Positions 56,951 to 64,000 of a stretch of 64,000 bases of DNA are shown one piece after another (position 1 is the stretch's first letter; each line of letters starts with the position of its first letter). This DNA is from the human T2T-CHM13v2.0 reference genome, Homo sapiens, in NCBI RefSeq assembly GCF_009914755.1, contig NC_060928.1, one strand, 5' to 3'. A program made the translations under genes and the position numbers. The notes beneath the pieces were generated by a model, which did no database searches, was not told where the DNA came from, and worked only from the letters and a program-made list of their open reading frames with translations.

Positions 56951-57323
56951 AGCTATGGTGACAAAATAAAACTGCGTTAATGGGCAATCCCTCCTTAATT
57001 TGACAATCAAGGGATTCCGTAGCCTGCCTATGGGAAGTTTGAGATCCTACAGGTTGCTCTGCATGACATAGGACAGGGTATGCAAGACAATGCGTGTAAA
57101 GCCTAATAGGCTTTCCTCTTACATGCCCTATACTAAAGTAGGCTTACACACCCTAGGCTTTCCTCTTATATACCCTATACTAGAGCTACCCTATTAACCT
57201 CTGCCCCAACACATGCACGCCCTAACACCTAAACAGAATTCACAGTCATTATCCCCACTTCTCTGTCATTTAAGGGAGAGACATGCTAGAGATCCAGCCA
57301 CCTGTAGTAACTAATGATTGAAC

Positions 57324-57348
57324 ACTCACACACACACACACACACACA
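57324..57348 (+). repeat. (CA)n
   Basis: Direct reading. Confidence 0.9.
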
Positions 57349-58424
57349 AATTAGTACCAATAGACATTTGAGGCACACAAAAAAAGCAAAAATAAGAAAC
57401 CAGATGAATAAGCATGATGCAGAGACAGAAAAGACCTTCAAAATTTTCTAATTACTGCTTTCAAAGAATTAAAAATATTTCTCATAAAATAGTAACAGGC
57501 TGCTAGAGAGAGAGAAAGAGAAAAAGAAAGCATGCAAGTATTCGTACACATTTAAAACATAATTTTACAAGGAAGAAAGTCATTGCAGAACAATAAAATG
57601 AGCATGCTGGAATTTTTAGTCAGTGATCTGTAGGGTTAAAGTCCAGGAAATTTTGTAAAGGATAAAAGTAAAAGACAAAGAGATGAAAAAATTCTAAAAA
57701 TACTAAAATATCCAGGAATAAGTCAATAAGCTCTTTCTCCCCCTACTAATATTTCTAGTAGGAGATAACTAAGATTCCAAAATGAGTGGGGATAAAAATA
57801 ATCAAAGATATATACTTAAACTAATATACTAATATTAGACTAGAACTAAAGAACAACATAATGTGTTTAGATTGAAATGTTTCTCTAACTACTGAGTAGA
57901 AATAATGACAAAAGAGAAAACTACGCCTAGGCACAACTTGTTAAAATTGCAGAGCTCCAAGAATAAAGAGAAAGACAGAAAAGGTACAAAGAAATGGAAG
58001 TCAGGCCATATGAGAACTGGTTTAAGAAATGAACACTGTTGGCCGACTACTTGCATTTTAATCTTGGTTCTGAAATATACTATAGTTCTATAAGCTTAGA
58101 CAAGGTATTTACCATCTCTGAGTTTCAATTTACTTATCTATAAAATTGGAACAATAATATTACTCACCTCTGATTGTGTTTTCAAGCTACTTAAATGTAT
58201 GAACTGATGGATACGAATTGATTAAAATAATACCTGGCACACAGAATTAATTAAAATAAGCAACATTCCTGGATGTTTTGATAAAATAAAGCACTTTCAG
58301 ATTTCTAAAGGGAAAATAATTTGAACTTAGAATTCTGCATCTAAATAGTGATTCAATTCATGGAGGAGGCAAAAAGATGTAATTAGACTTCTAAGAAGTC
58401 ATAAATTTCACCAACCATATATCC

Positions 58425-59022
58425 TTTTTTTATTTTAAGTTCTGAAATACATGTGCAGAACATGCAGGTTTGTTACATAGATATACATGTGCCATGGTGG
58501 TTTGCTGCACCTATCAACCCGTCATCCAGGTTTTAAGCACCTCATGCATTAGGTATTTGACCTAATGCTCTCCCTCCCTTTGCCCCCAACCCTCCGACAA
58601 GCCCCAGTGTGTGAGGTTCCCCTCCCTGTGTCCATGTGCTCTCATTGTTCCACTCCCACTTATGAGTGAGAACATGTGGTGTTTGGTTTTCTGTTCCTGT
58701 GTTAGTTTGCTGAGAATGATGGCTTCCAGCTTTATTCATGTCCCTGCAAAGGACACGAACTCATTCTTTTTTATGGCTGCATAGTGTTCCATGGGGTATA
58801 TGTGCCACATTTTCTTTATCCAGCCTATCATTAATGGGTATTTGGGTTGGTTCCAAGTCTTTGCTATTGTAAATAGTGCTGCAATCAACATACATGTGCA
58901 TGTGTCTTTACAGTAGAATGATTTATAATCCTTTGGGTATATACCCAGTAATGGGATTGCTGGGTCGAATAGTATTTCTGGTTCTAGATCCTTGAGGAAT
59001 GGCCACGCTGTCTTCCAAAATG
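58425..59022 (-). mobile_element. L1PA (PA7/8-like) 5'-truncated 3' end
   Basis: ORF 58736..59026 is an L1 ORF2 C-terminus (DPAIPLLGIYPK); TSD CCAAC(C/T)ATATATC at 58411-58423 / 59023-59035. Confidence 0.92.
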
Positions 59023-59728
59023 CCAACTATATATCTTAAATGATAATTTTATTTAAAGAGATAATACAGAAAATTGGGGAAAACCCATCAAGAATGAAGA
59101 CAATCAAAAAACCATGAAACTTTGTGTGATTTAGAAAAGTTAAAGGAAGCTATAAAGAAAAACAAGAGAACCCATGGTACTTCGAATTTACAAAAGTCTA
59201 TTTCAAACAGTAATTTTAACAACATAGAACTACATGTCTTAGCCTAGCAATTCCTAGATTGCTTCTACACTGAGTAATGTGTACATACTCATAATTTTGT
59301 CACTGCTGTTTACTTCTTTTTTACTGTTGACTCAACATACAAACAAATCACAAGAATCAAAGTCACAAACTGCTGTAAAATATGATAAACCTTGACAGTA
59401 TGAAAATAATAATATAATTAACCAACTTGGCAGTTCACAAAGGGATGAATGAAAGAAAAATAAATATGAATGCTAAATTCTTCATCTTTCACAGCAGGAT
59501 GTCCAGCAATAGCATCTGAAGACAATATATGAAAAAAAATAATGGTTTATGGAATCAAGAAATTATCCTGCTTTTCTTCTAAGTACTGCACCATCGCATT
59601 ACCAAAGAGTAGATACAAGAGTGATTCATTTCTAGAAATAATGCAGCTAATAAACACAGAAGGAATGATAGAATTAGAATATCACCATTTTACAACTCCT
59701 AATGAATTAACAGATCTTGGTATTTTTA

Positions 59729-60152
<424 letters not shown>

Positions 60153-60589
60153 TTAGAGGCCAGCAAAATATGTTAAATGACACCACAGGGATTAGGACAC
60201 ATACACACACACACACATAAACACACACCCAACAGGACACACACATACAAAAACAAACAATCATAAGACCACAAATCTTACAAACGAATAAATTAAAAGG
60301 GGATGAAAGAAATTGCAAGAACCTTATAAGGCTTATCCTCCAATCACAGTAGTGTCAGAACCATATTCTGATTCAAACAATCTTAAAAAGGAAGAAGAAA
60401 AGAAGAAGGGAGGAAGAGAAATGGAAAAGAGAAAAAAGGAGGGAAGAGGAAAGGCGCAAAGGGGAGGTAAAGAGGAAAAAAATGGGGGCAAGGGAAGGGA
60501 AAGGAAATCATGGATTCTGTATTGGAACAGAATGGTGGAGCTACTTGATGAAAGGCATCAAGCTCCTGAAACCCTGCCTGGAGAAGAGC

Positions 60590-61165
60590 TGGTGGGTTAA
60601 AATGGCTTCCAGTACCCGGTATAACCCTCTCCCCTTGAGTGTGGACAGGACCTGTGAATTTAATGGCATAGTCTCTTTAATGATTCGGTTATATTATGTA
60701 AGACTTCATCATAGTAGACTCGGGAGATTCCCCCAAAGAGGCTTATACCTTCTTTAAAGGTACCCTATACCTTCTTTAACGGTATAAGCCACCTTGTTGT
60801 GAGAAGGCCACTGTAGCTAAGATCTCAGGGTGAAATCTAAAGACATGGGAACCCCCAGCCAACAGCCAGCAAGAAAGCAGGTAACCTCAGTCCTTTAGCT
60901 GCAAGAAACTGAATTCTTCCAACAACCTGAATGAGCATCCATGGTGTCCCATGAGGCCACAGCTCTGACACCTTGATTTCAGCTCGATGAGATGCTGAAC
61001 AGAGAACTCACTTTACCCATGCCTGGGCTTCTGATCCACAGCAATTGTAAAATAATAAACTTGTAATGTTTTAAGCCACTATACCTGCCCCTTGACCAGG
61101 AATAAATTAAGTTACTGGAGTAGGAAATAAATTTCTATTGTCTTAAGCCACTGAAATTTAAGGGT
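60590..61165 (+). mobile_element. MaLR LTR (MLT1E/F-like) plus a second MLT1 3' fragment
   Basis: CCCCTTGAGTGTGGACAGGACCTGTGA...GCAAGAAACTGAATTCTTCCAACAACCTGAATGAGC...TTTTAAGCCACT (twice). Confidence 0.75.
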
Positions 61166-61626
61166 GCACAGAAATTACCTGGGGGAATCTTATTAATAAA
61201 CGCAGATTCTGATTCTACAAGTCTGGAGCAGGGATTGAAGGTGGAAGCTTCTTGCTGCTGTCAATGTACAGGTTTTACTGGCTGTGCTTAGATATGATGT
61301 CCCTTAATTTCTCCTCAACCTCCATTACCCAGCTCCCACCTTTGACGGGGACTCCTTAAATGCCTAACTAAGCACTCCTCTCTGTCTCAGACTTCAGGCC
61401 TTTCGCGGTTGTCCCTTTCCTCCGCCCCTCCCCACGCCCGGCCTTCCGGGCCAGCAGGGGGCCCGTGCGCCACGGCCTTGCGATCCCAGGAGGTTCCCCA
61501 GATTCCCGCGCCCCGAGCCCAGCACTCCTGGGCCACCTCCCTGTCCGGTCCGTTGAAGAAGACCTAGAACTCCCGCTAGACAGCTCCGCCCCAGGCTCTT
61601 CCCAAGGGACATCCCCGGCTCCTCAC

Positions 61627-61760
61627 CGCGGACTCAGGACCGGTGGTGTCCAAAGACCCGCGAGCTGCGCGCCCCGCGGGGAGGGAGTGAAACAGAGACC
61701 TAGCGCAGAGCCCAGGTGGAAGTTCCAGGTTACCCCAGACCTGGCCTAGGACTCGGCGCT
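61627..61760 (-). other. DDX60: DDX60 exon 1 (non-coding 5'UTR)
   Basis: Donor CCGCG|GTGAGG at 61627/61626 inside the CpG island. 5' end estimated ~25-30 nt downstream of the CATAAAAG box and may lie further upstream. Confidence 0.8.
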
Positions 61761-61779
61761 CTGAGCCACCGCAGCCAGT

Positions 61780-61787
61780 CTTTTATG
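61780..61787 (-). promoter_or_regulatory. TATA-like box CATAAAAG
   Basis: Minus strand GCATAAAAGA, between the proximal ISRE and exon 1. Confidence 0.55.
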
Positions 61788-61798
61788 CATCCGGCGGG

Positions 61799-61811
61799 AG
61801 TTTCGGTTTCC
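61799..61811 (+). promoter_or_regulatory. ISRE (proximal)
   Basis: AGTTTCGGTTTCC is a perfect match to AGTTTCNNTTTCC and is followed by an extra TTTC half-site. Confidence 0.9.
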
Positions 61812-61833
61812 TTTCTCCTCTCAGAAGCACTTA

Positions 61834-61847
61834 GGTTTCAGTTTCCC
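61834..61847 (+). promoter_or_regulatory. ISRE / IRF-E (distal)
   Basis: GGTTTCAGTTTCCC (minus strand GGGAAACTGAAACC). Confidence 0.85.
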
Positions 61848-61872
61848 TTCAGCACGAATTAGGCGAGGCACT

Positions 61873-61881
61873 TTCGTGGAA
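61873..61881. promoter_or_regulatory. Candidate GAS (STAT) site
   Basis: TTCGTGGAA fits TTCN3GAA, ~25 bp upstream of the distal ISRE. Confidence 0.45.
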
Positions 61882-61924
61882 AGTTTAGCATCCTTCCCTT
61901 CAATCAGAATCTTAAGAAGGGGAG

Positions 61925-62225
61925 CATGGCGAGACGTTAGTTAAAAGGTATGAAGTTACAATAGCTAGGAAGAACCAGTTCTGGTATTCTATTCTGCAGT
62001 AGGGTGTGTATAGTTAACAATAATGCATATTTCAAAATAGCTAGAAGAGAGAATTTTGAATATTCTCATCACAAAGAAATAGTAAAGTTTTGAGGTAATA
62101 GATGGGCTAATTATCCTGATTTGATCATCACACAATGTATACATGTATTGAAACGTCACATTGTACCCCAAAAATATATACAATTATTATGCGTCAATTA
62201 AAAATAAAATGAAACTAAAAAAAAC
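61925..62225 (+). mobile_element. L1MA 3' end
   Basis: AACAATAATGCATATTTCAAAATAGCTAGAAGAGAG...TGTACCCC...AATAAA. Confidence 0.85.
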
Positions 62226-63117
62226 CTTAAAAGAGAGAGACAAAGGCAATAAAAATGGGCTTTGGAATTTGGGCATAAATATAGAGTAAATTGAGGCAGA
62301 AAAATTTGTAACATCTAAACAAGATAAAATCAAGAAGAGTTAGAATTTAGAAATTGATAAAATGTAAAAGACACTGTGGAATCTGAAACCCCACAATGAA
62401 ATTGGAGATCTTGCTGCTTCTACTTGTATGCAAAAAGAAAAAAGAAAGTATGTAACAATACATGAACTTTGAGTTTCTGTTATGAGAAGCTGATGACTAC
62501 TGTTCTGTATAAACTGTAATTGGTACTTTCATGGGCCAAGAATCAACATTAAAAAATAAATTGAAAATGCAGAATGGTCACATTTATTTGTGCCTCAAAT
62601 TGATGAAATGTTCTCTTAATTTTTGCCTGTTGATACTTGCAGTGTGGGTTTCGATACTCATCTCCTTTCCTTTCAGTGCCCTCGTATGCTTGATTTCATT
62701 AATGCTATAAATATGCATTCATATATTGGAAATAGAAGAGGGTGTGGAGGAAAGACAGCAGTGAATTTGGGTAATCAGCATGATAAGAAGCCACAGGCTG
62801 CTTTGTCTACAAGGAAAGGAAAGAGCCAAGGTCCAGGCACTGCTCCACAGGGAACACAGAACAGAGAGAGTAGTGAATGATACTTTGTCTTGTGAAAAAT
62901 TAGAGAGTCAAGTTGTTAAAAGAGGGGGATATGGGGAAGGAGGACATTTCTCACATCCATCAGACAATTACTTGTTTATTCATTTGTTTAGAAATTCACG
63001 TGTTTGTTAGTGATGAGATTAAGAAAGAAAATAAAAGACTCTAGAATTTAACACATGATTGGTCTTAAATCAGCCAATATTCCTGTCTCCTTCACTGTGA
63101 TCTCTGATGTACCTGCC

Positions 63118-63636
63118 TGGGGTAGGCTGAATAATACCCTGCACTCCTCCCTCCAAAAGAGGCCAAAATCCTAATTCCTGGAACCTATGAATACAGTAAC
63201 TTTCATAGCAAAAGTAACTTTGCAAAATAGATTAAATAAGAATCTTTAGAAGAGGAGATTACCCCTTACCCGGGATTATCCAGGTGGGCCCAAGGTCATC
63301 AGAAGGGCCTTTATAAGAGGGAGACAGGAGTTCGAGGGGCAATGTGATGATAGAAACAGTCAGTGACAGAATGTGGGGACACTACACAGATGGCGTTGAA
63401 GACAGTGGAAGGGACCACGGGCCAAGGAGTCTGGTGGTCTCTAGAAACTACCAAAGGCAAGGAAACATTTTTTTTTTCTAGAGCCTCCAGAAATCAGCCC
63501 TGATAACACCTTGACTTCAGCCCAGAGAGACTGATTTTGAACCTCTGAGCTCAGAACTGTAAGAGAACAAACTTGTGTGGTATTAAGCCACTAAATTTGT
63601 GGTAATTTGTTACAGCAGCCATAGAGAACTAATACA
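63118..63636 (+). mobile_element. MaLR solo LTR (MLT1C/D-like)
   Basis: GGTAGGCTGAATAAT...GGATTATCCAGGTGGGCCC...TTTGTTACAGCAGCCATAGAGAACTAATACA. Confidence 0.85.
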
Positions 63637-63719
63637 ATATTGCAAACTGTATTGTAGGAAATGAATAACATATTTGCAAACAGCAGAAATAATGGATTGT
63701 GTTATAACAAGAGGTAGAA

Positions 63720-63900
63720 TTAATTCAGACAGCTACTATGTGCTAAGCAATATGCTAATACCATATCAATGATCACAGCAAGTTCATGAGGTGTGTACTA
63801 TGATTTCTGTCATTCTGTAGATAAGAAAAATAAAGCTTCGAGGGATAAAACAGCTAATAAATTATACTAAGATTCAAAATGTGGTCTAACCCAATGGCCT
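63720..63900 (-). mobile_element. MIR
   Basis: CTACTATGTGCTAAGCA...CATTCTGTAGATAAGAAAAATAAAGCT. Confidence 0.6.
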
Positions 63901-64000
63901 ATCTACAACATTCTCTATTACATAATTTCATCAAATGCTTCAAATTCTACAACTGAAAGTGTTTCAGCTAGTGGACAAATGATTTTTTTTTGCTTAAATT

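Larger units (their letters stand above)
61400..61880. promoter_or_regulatory. CpG island / DDX60 promoter
   Basis: Only GC- and CpG-dense non-repeat stretch in the window; GC boxes at ~61421-61440; overlaps exon 1. Confidence 0.9.

Noticed and set aside
58542-59026. ORFs resembling a reverse-transcriptase C-terminus
   Set aside because: Truncated L1PA ORF2 end and 3'UTR; not a gene.
61394-61749. GC-rich ORFs on both strands at the promoter
   Set aside because: Non-ATG starts; expected stop-codon scarcity in a CpG island; no recognisable protein.

Overview
Primate (very probably human) genomic DNA holding the 5' two-thirds of DDX60, an interferon-inducible Ski2-like DExD/H-box RNA helicase, on the minus strand. 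I traced a non-coding exon 1 in a CpG island (~61.6-61.8 kb) and 24 coding exons (numbered 2-25 here, from 54370 down to 3898). All have GT-AG boundaries and join into one uninterrupted frame of 3398 nt (1132 codons + 2 nt); the gene continues past the left edge. The promoter has two ISREs, a GAS-type site and a CATAAAAG box. Introns are full of Alu, L1, L2, MIR, LTR and Tigger/hAT elements, and most ORF-track entries are repeat-derived noise. I found no wholly new multi-gene system. The most notable unexplained items are: (i) a Tigger2 in intron 3 containing both a U13/SNORD13 snoRNA retrocopy and a ~210-bp local duplicate of an intron-1 L2 segment, so direct repeats bracket the start-codon exons; (ii) a PIN/XPG-like acidic motif set at the DDX60 N-terminus; (iii) a possible ancient duplication behind exons 7 and 8; (iv) competing or regenerated splice donors; (v) several templated-insertion scars. 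Gene identity and repeat subfamily names come from recognition, not from a database search.
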